From assembly GCF_041685615.1 (NCBI RefSeq), contig NZ_JAWLFK010000001.1, positions 17,766 through 81,765 on the forward strand: 64,000 nt of DNA, in the 5' to 3' direction. Position 1 is the first letter of the stretch, and each line of letters begins with the position of its first letter. The DNA is from Thioalkalivibrio sp. (GTDB lineage Bacteria > Pseudomonadota > Gammaproteobacteria > Ectothiorhodospirales > Ectothiorhodospiraceae). The translations under genes and the position numbers were made by a program. The notes under the pieces are model-generated. The model had not been told where the DNA came from, made no database searches, and saw only the letters and a program-made list of their open reading frames with translations. Positions 8,363-17,476 of the stretch are shown piece by piece.

Positions 8363-11300
8363 TCAATCGTTGTCGGCCCCGTCGGGGTCCGTGACCGGCT
8401 GTACCAGCACACGCACCTGCGGGTCATCCCAAGGGCCCGTCACCGCGTACACTACACGGGCCGCCTCTTCTATCTGATCGCCAATCCCCAGCACACGTTC
8501 CGCAAGCAGCACCGCGACACCGGTCACGGGCCCGCCCACCAGCGCCCCGACGATCGGGAGCGCGGTGCGCAGGCTGGGGACGACCACGATCTCGTGATCG
8601 TAATCGCGCGCCACCAGCCCGGTGCGCCCACTCAGGCGCACCCGCGCCGACGGTCCCTCCATGCGCAGGGTCGGCACGTAGAGATCCCCGTCGCGCAGGG
8701 TGGCCTCCGCAGTCAGCTCTCCGAAGGTCAGGCCCTCGGTGAACAGATCGCGGAAATCCAGCCGCAGCCGGCGCGGCAGCACATCCAGGCTGACCAGCCC
8801 CAGCAGGCGCCCGGCCCCCGGCTCCACATCCGCCAAGCGCCCGTCCTCCAGTGCCAGATCCATGGAGCCCGCCAGTTGCGCAAGCCGTGGCGCATACAGC
8901 GGCCCCGGCCAGGTCAGCGACAGCGAGCCCTCTCCAGAGCCGCCGGACAGGGCCTGCGAGAGCCCCGCCGAGCGCATCGCGGCACCCCAGTCATCGCCGG
9001 ACAGGGTCGCGTCCAGGCGCGTCTCCGGCAGACCATCGGCGTTCACTTGCCAGGCCCCGACGGTATCCGCGTGCAGGTCGCCCTCCGGGGCCCGCAGCTC
9101 CAGTTCCCGGATGACCAGTCCTTCCGTCTGCGGCTCCAGCCCCATTTCGATGTCCGCGAAACGGTAATCCCCCAGCGCCAGGCTGTCGAGCGTCAGGTCC
9201 ACCGCCGGCCATATCCTCGGGTCCTCGAATGTCCCTTCCGCGACCGGCTTCACCCCCGGATCGGGATCCGCGGCTCCGTTCCACTCAAGGTCCTCCAGGA
9301 TCAGGCGGTTCAGATGCACCTGCCAGCGGTCTCGCCCCCCCGCCGCCATCGGCCGCCAGCGCGCCTCGCCCGCCAGCCAGTCGGAGGCCACTTCCAGATC
9401 CCAGCCGGCATCCCCGCGCCGGCCCAGGAAGCGCACACCGGGGAACTCCCGCTCGCCCCAGCGGATGCGCTCGCGGATATCCAGTTCCAGGCGGCTCAAC
9501 GCCACCGCTCCATCCCCCTCGCCGTCATCCTCGCCAACCGTTCCCAAGTCCATCTCACCGCCCCAGGGCGCCTCGCGCAGGGCCTCCAGCCACGCCCCCG
9601 CATCCAGCTCGGGCAGGCCGGCGCGTACCGAGACACCGGACCCCGGCAGGGCCAGGGGACTGGCCCGGGGAGCACCGATCTCCAGGGCCATGGCCTGCAG
9701 CCCCATCCCGCGCACGGCCGTACGGGGCTCGGCACCGCGGACCGCCGGATCCTCGGGTGCGGCCGTCGGCGATAGGCGCATGTGGGCCCGCAGGACTGAT
9801 CCCAGTGTCAGGTGGCCGATGCCAGCGCCGTCATGCCCCAGCGGGAGGGTCACCTCCAGCCCGCGGGCCTCCTCCGCGGGCTTGCCGATCGGCGCCGGCC
9901 AGTCGATCGCAACCCCGACCAGATCCGACCCGAGATCCAGCCGTACACCGTCCACCGCCGGGCCGAGGCGTAGCTGGGCCTCCCAGTGCGCCGAACCATC
10001 CAGATAGCGGGCCAGCTCCGGATAGTCCTCCAGCCACGGGTCCAGGGGTTGCTCACCGCGCGCCGTCAGCCGCGCGGTCTCACCATCGAGTGGCCAGTCC
10101 GCCCCCACGGTCACGGCCTCGCCATGGACCCGTGCCGAGACCTCCTCGGCGACGATACGGTCGCGGGTATCGAACCGAACCCGACCGTCCACGGCCTCCA
10201 GCACCGCGGGCCAGCCCGGGACCTCGGCGCGGGTGCCCCGCAGGTCCACGTCCCCGGCAACGCGGGTCTCGTCCAGCCGTCCTTCCTGCAGCGGCAGGGT
10301 CAGGGAGAGCCCCAGCCGGAAGGGGCCATCCAAGCGGGCCTGGTCGCGCAGTTCGGCCGCGTCCTCCAGCAGACCCGCCTCCCGCAGATAGGTCAGCAGA
10401 TCCGAAGCATCGCCCTCGGCCACACCCTCCAGCTCGAGGACGGCATCCTCCATATCCTCGATCCCGATCCGGGTATCGCGGATATCGGTGTCGAAGATGC
10501 GTCCGCGCGCCCCCTCGGCCCGGAAGCTCGCGTTGTGGAACTGGAGCCGGCCCGCGAGGTCCTCGGCCCGCGGCCAGTCCTCCTGGTAGTCGAGGACACC
10601 TCCCTCGACATCCGCCCAGAGATCGAACACGCCCTCGTCACCGGCGAACGGGAAGTCCTTCCCGCGCCCGCGGTAAACCATGCCGCCGCCCGTGGAGATA
10701 CCGCTGACGATGCTGTCCACCAGCCACTGATAGGCGTTCTCCGGCAGGTGGTACAACGGCAGGTAACGTGCGGCGCGCTCGCCGTCGGCACGCAGGATGT
10801 CCATGGCGAAGTCCACCCGGGGGCCCGCCTCGTGGCCGTCCAGCCGCATCCGCAACCGGCCCCGAACCGCGGCATCGTCATTGGCGGCATGCAGGCCCTC
10901 CCCGGCCAGACGCCAGTGACCCGCGTCGTCGCGCTCGGCGCGCAGCCGGCCGCGCGCGCTGTCCAAAATGACCGGATCGGCCAGCACGCGCGGGACATCG
11001 ACTTGCAGGCCGCGGCTGTCCAGCAGCAGCTCCACACCGCCGCGGCGCCACTGCAGATAGCCGGCGGCCCCCTGCACACCAAGGCCGTGATCGGCCGCGC
11101 GCCAGCCTAGATCGCGCACGTCGGCTTCGGCCCAGACCGGCTTCAGGCGCCCCTCCTCGCGCCGCGCCTCGAAGCGGGCGAGGTCCAGAGTGCCGCGCGG
11201 ATGCAGCTCGGCGATGCGCCCGGCCAGCTCGGGTGCCGCCTCACGCAGAAGCGTCAGCAGGGGCGCATAGGGCTCGACGTCCACGTCCCGCGCTGCCAGT

Positions 11301-12292
11301 TCCACCGCATCCACCACCAGCGCACGCGGTTCGCCCTCCAGACGGTACGCCAGGCGCAAATCACCCGAGCCCGGGTGGGTACCGCTCCAGGACGACTGGT
11401 GCCGGCCGTCGCGCACGCGCCAGTCGAAACGATGACCGATAGCCGGCCCCACCGGTTCTCCGGCCAGGTTCAGGATGGTCTCGTGATCCCCTCTGAGCCA
11501 GGCCATGCGTCCGTCCGCGAGGGCGCCCCACAGGCGCAGCGAGGCCGAACCCTCGGGGGCAGGCCAGCCGAGGTAGGCGAGCCACGGCTGCCAGGCGGAC
11601 AGTTCGAGTGCGTCGGCCCGCAGGAAGAAACGCGCGTCGCGCAGATCCGCCGCTGGGGCCTGCACACCCAGTTCGAATGATCCGCCCACACCCGGTCCGC
11701 CGGCATCCAGAGCGCCTTCCAGATAAAGCCGCAGCGACCCGTCATGGGCGGTTCGCATGGCCGCCCGATCCAGCCGCGCGGCGGACTCGAGGCCGGCGCC
11801 ACGGTCCTCCCAGACCAGCCGGATTCCCTCCGCCTCGACGTCGGGCCACTGCGCCACGGGGAACGTGAGCAGTCGTCCCTCTCCCATGCCAACCTCGCGA
11901 CCGTGGAGGGAAAACTGGCCGTCGGTGTGGCGCACCAGCCGCAGTTCCACACCCTCGATTCGCACGGCGAAGGCCAGATGGCGGCTGCGCAGGCTGGCCC
12001 CGGCGCTCAGGGAGACCCCGAGGCGATCAATGGGGACGGGCTCGCCGCCCGGCATTTCGACTCGCACGTCCTGTGCCACGAGCGCCGGCGACCAGCCGGC
12101 CCAGCCCAGCTCGATACCCGCCGCCGTGACCTCGCGCTCCAGCTGCTCGCTGGCGGTTTTCTCCACCCACGCATGCAGCCCGTCCCAGTGGGGCAGTGCC
12201 AGGCGCAATGCGAGGACCGCGATCATCAGGGTGAGCGCCAGGGCCAGGAGCACCCCCAGCGTCACCCGCACATTGCGTGCGCGGATGCTCAT
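8363..12292 (-). CDS. yhdP: YhdP/AsmA2 family phospholipid transport protein
   Basis: 1309 aa with an N-terminal TM anchor; C-terminal GRLLGLVSLDVLPRRLRLDFRDLF and YAVTGPWDDP; lies between rng and tldD. Confidence 0.92.
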   Translation of the reverse strand: MSIRARNVRVTLGVLLALALTLMIAVLALRLALPHWDGLHAWVEKTASEQLEREVTAAGIELGWAGWSPALVAQDVRVEMPGGEPVPIDRLGVSLSAGASLRSRHLAFAVRIEGVELRLVRHTDGQFSLHGREVGMGEGRLLTFPVAQWPDVEAEGIRLVWEDRGAGLESAARLDRAAMRTAHDGSLRLYLEGALDAGGPGVGGSFELGVQAPAADLRDARFFLRADALELSAWQPWLAYLGWPAPEGSASLRLWGALADGRMAWLRGDHETILNLAGEPVGPAIGHRFDWRVRDGRHQSSWSGTHPGSGDLRLAYRLEGEPRALVVDAVELAARDVDVEPYAPLLTLLREAAPELAGRIAELHPRGTLDLARFEARREEGRLKPVWAEADVRDLGWRAADHGLGVQGAAGYLQWRRGGVELLLDSRGLQVDVPRVLADPVILDSARGRLRAERDDAGHWRLAGEGLHAANDDAAVRGRLRMRLDGHEAGPRVDFAMDILRADGERAARYLPLYHLPENAYQWLVDSIVSGISTGGGMVYRGRGKDFPFAGDEGVFDLWADVEGGVLDYQEDWPRAEDLAGRLQFHNASFRAEGARGRIFDTDIRDTRIGIEDMEDAVLELEGVAEGDASDLLTYLREAGLLEDAAELRDQARLDGPFRLGLSLTLPLQEGRLDETRVAGDVDLRGTRAEVPGWPAVLEAVDGRVRFDTRDRIVAEEVSARVHGEAVTVGADWPLDGETARLTARGEQPLDPWLEDYPELARYLDGSAHWEAQLRLGPAVDGVRLDLGSDLVGVAIDWPAPIGKPAEEARGLEVTLPLGHDGAGIGHLTLGSVLRAHMRLSPTAAPEDPAVRGAEPRTAVRGMGLQAMALEIGAPRASPLALPGSGVSVRAGLPELDAGAWLEALREAPWGGEMDLGTVGEDDGEGDGAVALSRLELDIRERIRWGEREFPGVRFLGRRGDAGWDLEVASDWLAGEARWRPMAAGGRDRWQVHLNRLILEDLEWNGAADPDPGVKPVAEGTFEDPRIWPAVDLTLDSLALGDYRFADIEMGLEPQTEGLVIRELELRAPEGDLHADTVGAWQVNADGLPETRLDATLSGDDWGAAMRSAGLSQALSGGSGEGSLSLTWPGPLYAPRLAQLAGSMDLALEDGRLADVEPGAGRLLGLVSLDVLPRRLRLDFRDLFTEGLTFGELTAEATLRDGDLYVPTLRMEGPSARVRLSGRTGLVARDYDHEIVVVPSLRTALPIVGALVGGPVTGVAVLLAERVLGIGDQIEEAARVVYAVTGPWDDPQVRVLVQPVTDPDGADND

Positions 12293-12421
12293 TTTCCCCG
12301 CGCCCGGTCACGACGCGGCCCGTCCGGCCGACCGGGACCCCGATCCTTGCTGGGTCCGCACGTGTGTTTCACCTTGGCGTCGCTCCCTCCCGGATGGAGA
12401 CGGGGGCCAGATCCCCCTGGT

Positions 12422-13954
12422 TCAGACGAAAACCACGTCGAACTGTTCCTGAGTGTAGAGCGTCTCCACCTGGAAGCGGATGGGGATGCCGACGAAGCTC
12501 TGCAGTTCCGCCAGCGCGGCGGATTCCTCGTCCAGCAGCAGGTCGATCACGTTCTGCGACGCGAGCACCCGCAACTCGCGCGCGTCGTACTGACGCACTT
12601 CGCGCAGGATCTCGCGAAACAGCTCGTAGCACACCGTCTCCGCCGATTTCAGGTAGCCACGCCCGCCGCAAACCTGACACGGCTCGCACATCTGGTGTTC
12701 TAGGCTCTCTCGGGTGCGCTTGCGGGTCATCTCCACCAGCCCCAGCGGCGAGACATCGCAGATCTGCGTCTTCACGTGATCGCGTTCCAGGGCCTTTTCC
12801 AGCGCGCGGATCACCTGGCGCTTGTGCTCGTCGTCCTGCATGTCGATGAAATCGATGATGATGATTCCGCCCAGATTGCGCAGGCGCAGCTGGCGACCGA
12901 TCGCCTGGGCCGCCTCCAGGTTGGTCTTGAAGATGGTCTCCTCGAGCTTGCGATGCCCGACGAAGCCACCGGTATTGATGTCGACGGTGGTCATCGCCTC
13001 GGTCTGATCGAAGATCAAGTAGCCGCCGGATTTCAGTTCCACCTTGCGCTCCAGGGCACGATGGATCTCCTCCTCGACGTTGAACAGGTCGAAGATCGGG
13101 CGCTCGCCCGGATAATGTTCGATGCGGCCGATCAACTCCGGCAGGTAGCGCTCCACGAAGCCACAGACCTTCTGATAGGTCTCGCGCGAGTCGATACGGA
13201 TGCGCTCGATATCCACACCCACCATGTCGCGCAGGATACGCTCGACCAGCGGCAGGTCGACGTAGACCTCGGTCCCCGGCGGCGCCCCGGCGGCCCGCTC
13301 CTGCAGGCCGTCCCAGACCTTCTTCAGGAAAGCCGTGTCGTTGTACATCGCCTCGTAGTCCGCCAATTCCGCGGCGGTGCGCACGATAAAGCCGTGCTGG
13401 GGCGCCAGTTCGTCGCGCAGCTGCTCGATGGACTCGCGCAGCCGTGCGCGCACACCCTCGTCCTCGATGCGCGTGCTCACGCCGACGTTGGACTGGTTCG
13501 GCATCAGCACCAGGTTGCGCGATGGCAGCGTGATGTAGGTCGTCAGGCGCGCGCCCTTGGAGCCGAGCGGATCCTTGACCGCCTGCACCAGAATCTCCTG
13601 CCCGTCGCGCAGCAGCTCGCGGATGCCCTCGCGGGCCGCGGGGGCCGGCGCACCGTTTCCGTTGCCATTGCCCGCGGGCGATGTCCCCGTGGAGATGCCC
13701 TGGCCATTGAGCTCCTCGCGCTCCACCGGGGCCACGTCGGAGGCATGCAGGAAGGCCGTGCGCTCCAGCCCGATATCCACGAAGGCCGCGTCCATGCCCG
13801 GCAGCACGCGCACCACCCGGCCCTTGTAGATATTGCCCACGATGCCGCGGCGGTGGGTACGTTCCAGGTGCAGCTCGGTCAGGACGCCATTTTCCACCAG
13901 GGCCACGCGGCTCTCTTGGGGCGTCACGTTCATCAGGATCTCGGTTCCGGTCAT
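12422..13954 (-). CDS. rng: Ribonuclease G
   Basis: VGNIYKGRVVRVLPGMDAAFVDIG, KGARLT, TTVDINTGGFVG, RNLGGIIIIDFIDM and CQVCGGRG motifs. Confidence 0.97.
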   Translation of the reverse strand: MTGTEILMNVTPQESRVALVENGVLTELHLERTHRRGIVGNIYKGRVVRVLPGMDAAFVDIGLERTAFLHASDVAPVEREELNGQGISTGTSPAGNGNGNGAPAPAAREGIRELLRDGQEILVQAVKDPLGSKGARLTTYITLPSRNLVLMPNQSNVGVSTRIEDEGVRARLRESIEQLRDELAPQHGFIVRTAAELADYEAMYNDTAFLKKVWDGLQERAAGAPPGTEVYVDLPLVERILRDMVGVDIERIRIDSRETYQKVCGFVERYLPELIGRIEHYPGERPIFDLFNVEEEIHRALERKVELKSGGYLIFDQTEAMTTVDINTGGFVGHRKLEETIFKTNLEAAQAIGRQLRLRNLGGIIIIDFIDMQDDEHKRQVIRALEKALERDHVKTQICDVSPLGLVEMTRKRTRESLEHQMCEPCQVCGGRGYLKSAETVCYELFREILREVRQYDARELRVLASQNVIDLLLDEESAALAELQSFVGIPIRFQVETLYTQEQFDVVFV

Positions 13955-14030
13955 GCGCTCTTCTTGTTCTTGATTTCACGGGCAGACCGCCAAACCCGCG
14001 CGCGGGCGGGGCGGCGGTCCGGGATGTCGG

Positions 14031-15128
14031 CTACTTCGAGACGGCTTCCGCCGGGTCGGTCTCGGCCGCCGGCGGAGGCCGCTGGGCACGTGGCCAGGAC
14101 TTAATCACCGCGTGTACCAGGGTCGCCAGCGGGATGGCGAAGAACACCCCCCACAGGCCCCAGATGCCGCCGAACACGAACACCGCGGCGATGATTGCCA
14201 CCGGGTGCAGGTTGACGACCTCCGAAAACAGCAATGGCACCAGCACATTGCCGTCGAGGAACTGGATCACCCCGTAGGCAATCAGCACCCAGGCAAACTC
14301 GGAACTCAGCCCGAACTGGAAGTACGCGACCGCGGCGACCGGGATGGTCACCACGGCCGCGCCGATATACGGGATGATCACCGAGATGCCCACCATGAAC
14401 GACAGCAGGACGGCGTACTCCAGCCCGAACCAGTTGAAGGTCAGGAAGCTGACTGCCCAGACCATGACGATCTCGATGAACTTGCCGCGCACATAGCTGG
14501 CGATCTTCAGGTTCACCTCGCGCCAGACCTGGCTGGCCAGGTGGGTATCCCGGGGCATGAAACCACGCACCCAGCCGAGGATCAGGTCGCGGTCCTTGAG
14601 CATGAAGAACACCATCAGCGGGACCACGACCAGGTAGATCACCACGTCCACGATGTGCCGCGCCGAAGACAGCGAGAACGACACCACGCGCTGCCCCAGC
14701 AGGGTCGCCTCGGCGCGGATGGCGCCCATCAGCTCAAGCACCTGATCGTCGGTAATCAGCTGTGGATAGCGCTCGGGGAGCTGCAACAGCAGGTTCTGGC
14801 CCTCGGAGATCATGCCCGGCAGTTCGCGCACCAGTTGGGTCACCTGGGCCGACATCAGCGGGACCACGCTGAACAGCGCGGCGACCGTCAGCGCCAGAAA
14901 GGCCAGCAGCACGAAGGTCACGGCGAGGATGCGCGGGATGTGGAAGCGCGCGAGCTTTTGCACCGCCCCCTCCAGCAGGTAGGCGATGATTAGCGAGGCC
15001 AGTAGCGGCGCCAGGATACGCCCGGCAAAGATGATGATCAGGAACCCCGCCAGCAGCAGAAACGCCAGAATCACCACCTGCGGGTCGGTGAAATGACGCT
15101 GGTACCACTGGCGCAGGATGTCGATCAT
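14031..15128 (-). CDS. AI-2E family transporter (PerM-like)
   Basis: Multi-TM protein with IPYIGA, QFLDGNVLVPLLFSEVVNLHPVAII and WGVFFAIPLA motifs. Confidence 0.92.
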   Translation of the reverse strand: MIDILRQWYQRHFTDPQVVILAFLLLAGFLIIIFAGRILAPLLASLIIAYLLEGAVQKLARFHIPRILAVTFVLLAFLALTVAALFSVVPLMSAQVTQLVRELPGMISEGQNLLLQLPERYPQLITDDQVLELMGAIRAEATLLGQRVVSFSLSSARHIVDVVIYLVVVPLMVFFMLKDRDLILGWVRGFMPRDTHLASQVWREVNLKIASYVRGKFIEIVMVWAVSFLTFNWFGLEYAVLLSFMVGISVIIPYIGAAVVTIPVAAVAYFQFGLSSEFAWVLIAYGVIQFLDGNVLVPLLFSEVVNLHPVAIIAAVFVFGGIWGLWGVFFAIPLATLVHAVIKSWPRAQRPPPAAETDPAEAVSK

Positions 15129-15613
15129 CGCGAGGGCGTTCCCGAGTCCGGGTCGTCACCGGCATCCGCCCGTCGCGCGGGATCCTGCGCGACGGCCTTC
15201 TCGTAATGGGTGCGGAAGACCACCTCGAGCTCGTCGATCACCTCCACCGCCGGGCGCCCCTGCATCACGTGCTGCCCCATCAGGGCCGAGGTCTCGTTCA
15301 GCAGCTTGGAGCGATCCAGCATGTGATAGGTCGCGGACAGCCGGCGCATCGCCTTGATCACCGACTCGTTCTCCGGGCGCGGAATGGGTTCCGGTTCGGG
15401 GACCGGCTCCGGCGCGGGAGCCGGCGACTCCTGCTCCAGGAAACGGGCAAACTTCAGCAAGCTGGCCTGGTCCTCGGGCGACAGCCGCGCGGCGATCTCG
15501 GCGATCGCCCTGGCCGGGTCCTCGCGGCCCTTCTTGCGCGCGCCGCCGAGCACCGAGCCGAGATCCCCACCGGGCAGGCCCCCGTCGTTGCCCGTGCCGA
15601 GCGGTGGAATCAT
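15125..15613 (-). CDS. Hypothetical helical protein (PRPENESVIKAMRRLSATYHMLD motif)
   Basis: ATG at 15613 overlaps the upstream stop (ATGA); its own stop overlaps the PerM start (ATGA); has a Pro/Glu linker. Confidence 0.8.
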   Translation of the reverse strand: MIPPLGTGNDGGLPGGDLGSVLGGARKKGREDPARAIAEIAARLSPEDQASLLKFARFLEQESPAPAPEPVPEPEPIPRPENESVIKAMRRLSATYHMLDRSKLLNETSALMGQHVMQGRPAVEVIDELEVVFRTHYEKAVAQDPARRADAGDDPDSGTPSR

Positions 15614-16356
15614 CCCTCGTCCTCGATCTTCAGGCTGAACACCGGCATCTTGCGGCGTTCCTGCATCAGGCCCAGCGCCTTCACCAGGGCCACGATCACG
15701 TCCTCGGTCACCTTCTGCATCTCGCCCCATTCCATGCGCGCCTCGCCCAGGAGCTCACCCATGTTCGGGGGCGGGTTGTGGCGCGCCTCCATGATGATGT
15801 CCTCGAGCATCCCGGGCTTCATCTCGGGTCGGAACAGGATGCCATAGGTCAGTTCGTCCGGCCGGACCGCCAGCCAGTCGCCGTCGTCGTCCACCAGGAC
15901 CGGCTGGACGTCCTCCGGCAGGTCCACCCGGCCGTTGACCAGCTGCAGGACCCGGCGGCCGTCCAGGGCCTCCGCCAGTTCGTCGCCCTGCCCGGCCGCG
16001 GTCTTGTGGGCGGTGACGAAGCGGGCGCGGTACATCGGGTCCTCCTGGGCGGTGCCGCCGGCCTGCTCGGCCACGAGCAACCCGCCCATGCCGATTCCCA
16101 CCACCGGACGCTTCGAACGGCGGAAAATATCGATCAGCGAAAGCTCATCGGGGACCTGGGGATTCTCCTCGTGATCCGCGGTCGGCCAGGCACCGCCCAG
16201 CAGCCACAACCCGTCGAACTGCGCGGCGGATCCCGGCAGGTCCTGCCCCACGAAGGGGCGGTAATAGGAGAACCCGATATCGCGTTTTTCCAGCTGCGAC
16301 TCGATCAGGCCGAGAAACTCGGAATACGTATGCTGCACCACGCAGTAATTCTTCAT
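15610..16356 (-). CDS. Class I glutamine amidotransferase-like protein with degenerate catalytic triad
   Basis: VVQH..E, LLGG, PVVGIGMGG (canonical GICLG) and GILFRPE (canonical QFHxE). Confidence 0.85.
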   Translation of the reverse strand: MKNYCVVQHTYSEFLGLIESQLEKRDIGFSYYRPFVGQDLPGSAAQFDGLWLLGGAWPTADHEENPQVPDELSLIDIFRRSKRPVVGIGMGGLLVAEQAGGTAQEDPMYRARFVTAHKTAAGQGDELAEALDGRRVLQLVNGRVDLPEDVQPVLVDDDGDWLAVRPDELTYGILFRPEMKPGMLEDIIMEARHNPPPNMGELLGEARMEWGEMQKVTEDVIVALVKALGLMQERRKMPVFSLKIEDEG

Positions 16357-16398
16357 GTCGCGTCAATCCTGTTTGAATTCGGGTCGGGGCGAACGGGC

Positions 16399-17292
16399 CT
16401 AACCGGTGCAGTACCCACGCAGGAATTGCATCAGCACCTCCAGCGTGGGCACGCGGAACTTCTGCCGCGCGTGCACCAGCGAGATCGGCCGTTCCAGCGG
16501 CGGCGAAAGCGGGAGCGCCACCAGGTCACCGAGGGACAGTTCCTTGGCCACCACCGCCTCGGACAACACCGAGATCCCCATGCCGGCCACCACCGCACCC
16601 TTGATCGCCTCCGAGCTGCCCAGTTCCATGCAGCCGCGCAGGCTGTTGCGGTCGTATCCGGCGTGCCCAAGGTACTCCATGATGACCTCGCGGGTCCCGG
16701 AACCCTCCTCGCGGCATATGAATGGGCGTTCGATGAAATCCGCGACCTGGGCGGTGTCGCGCCCTGCCAGTTCGTGGTCCGGCGGCACAATCAGCCGGAG
16801 CTGATCCACCAGGCAGGGCTGCACCTGCAGGCTGCGATGGGTGACCGGGGCCTCGACGATGCCGAGATCCACGCTCCCCTCCTCGACCATCACCACCACA
16901 CTCTCGGTATTGCCGACGCGCAGGCGGATCCCGATATCCGGATGCTCGCGGCGGAAGGCCCCCAGCAGGGCCGGCAGCATGTATTCCGCCACCGTGGTAC
17001 TGGCTCCAATCACCAGGGCCCCGCCATCCGCACCCTTCAGCTCACGCAGGGCCGCCTCCAGCTCGCCGTAGGTATCAAAGATGCGCTCGGCATATCGTTG
17101 AACCAGGCGGCCGGCGTCCGTCAGTGTCACTCGATTGTGATTGCGATCGAACAACCGGGTGTCCAGCTGCTCTTCCAGTTGACGCACCTGGAAGGTCACC
17201 GCGGGCTGCGTCATGTGCAGCACCTCGGCGGCCCGGGTAAAGGACAGCAGCCGCGCCACCGTAAGAAAGACCTGCAAACGCCGATCGGCCAT
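16399..17292 (-). CDS. LysR family regulator, CysL/YeiE-like
   Basis: HTH SFTRAAEVLHMTQPAVTFQVRQLE; effector domain with GASTT and REEGSGTRE; start at ATG 17292. Confidence 0.93.
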   Translation of the reverse strand: MADRRLQVFLTVARLLSFTRAAEVLHMTQPAVTFQVRQLEEQLDTRLFDRNHNRVTLTDAGRLVQRYAERIFDTYGELEAALRELKGADGGALVIGASTTVAEYMLPALLGAFRREHPDIGIRLRVGNTESVVVMVEEGSVDLGIVEAPVTHRSLQVQPCLVDQLRLIVPPDHELAGRDTAQVADFIERPFICREEGSGTREVIMEYLGHAGYDRNSLRGCMELGSSEAIKGAVVAGMGISVLSEAVVAKELSLGDLVALPLSPPLERPISLVHARQKFRVPTLEVLMQFLRGYCTG

Positions 17293-17476
17293 GCTGCCCC
17301 GCCCGATAAAGTGGAAATCCGTTCGAACGGGGATGCTACCAAGCCCCCGCGACCGGCAACAGCAACCCCGCGCCGACGCGCGAACCATCCGGCACCCTTG
17401 CAAGGACAATTCCACCACGGACGCCACAAGGTCCGTAAGCGTCCTCAAGGCAACAGCACAAACCGGGGAAACCGGT

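Noticed and set aside
12369-13979. 536-aa alternative-frame ORF over rng
   Set aside because: Same-strand frame overlap of a clear RNase G; Arg/Gly-rich with no motifs.
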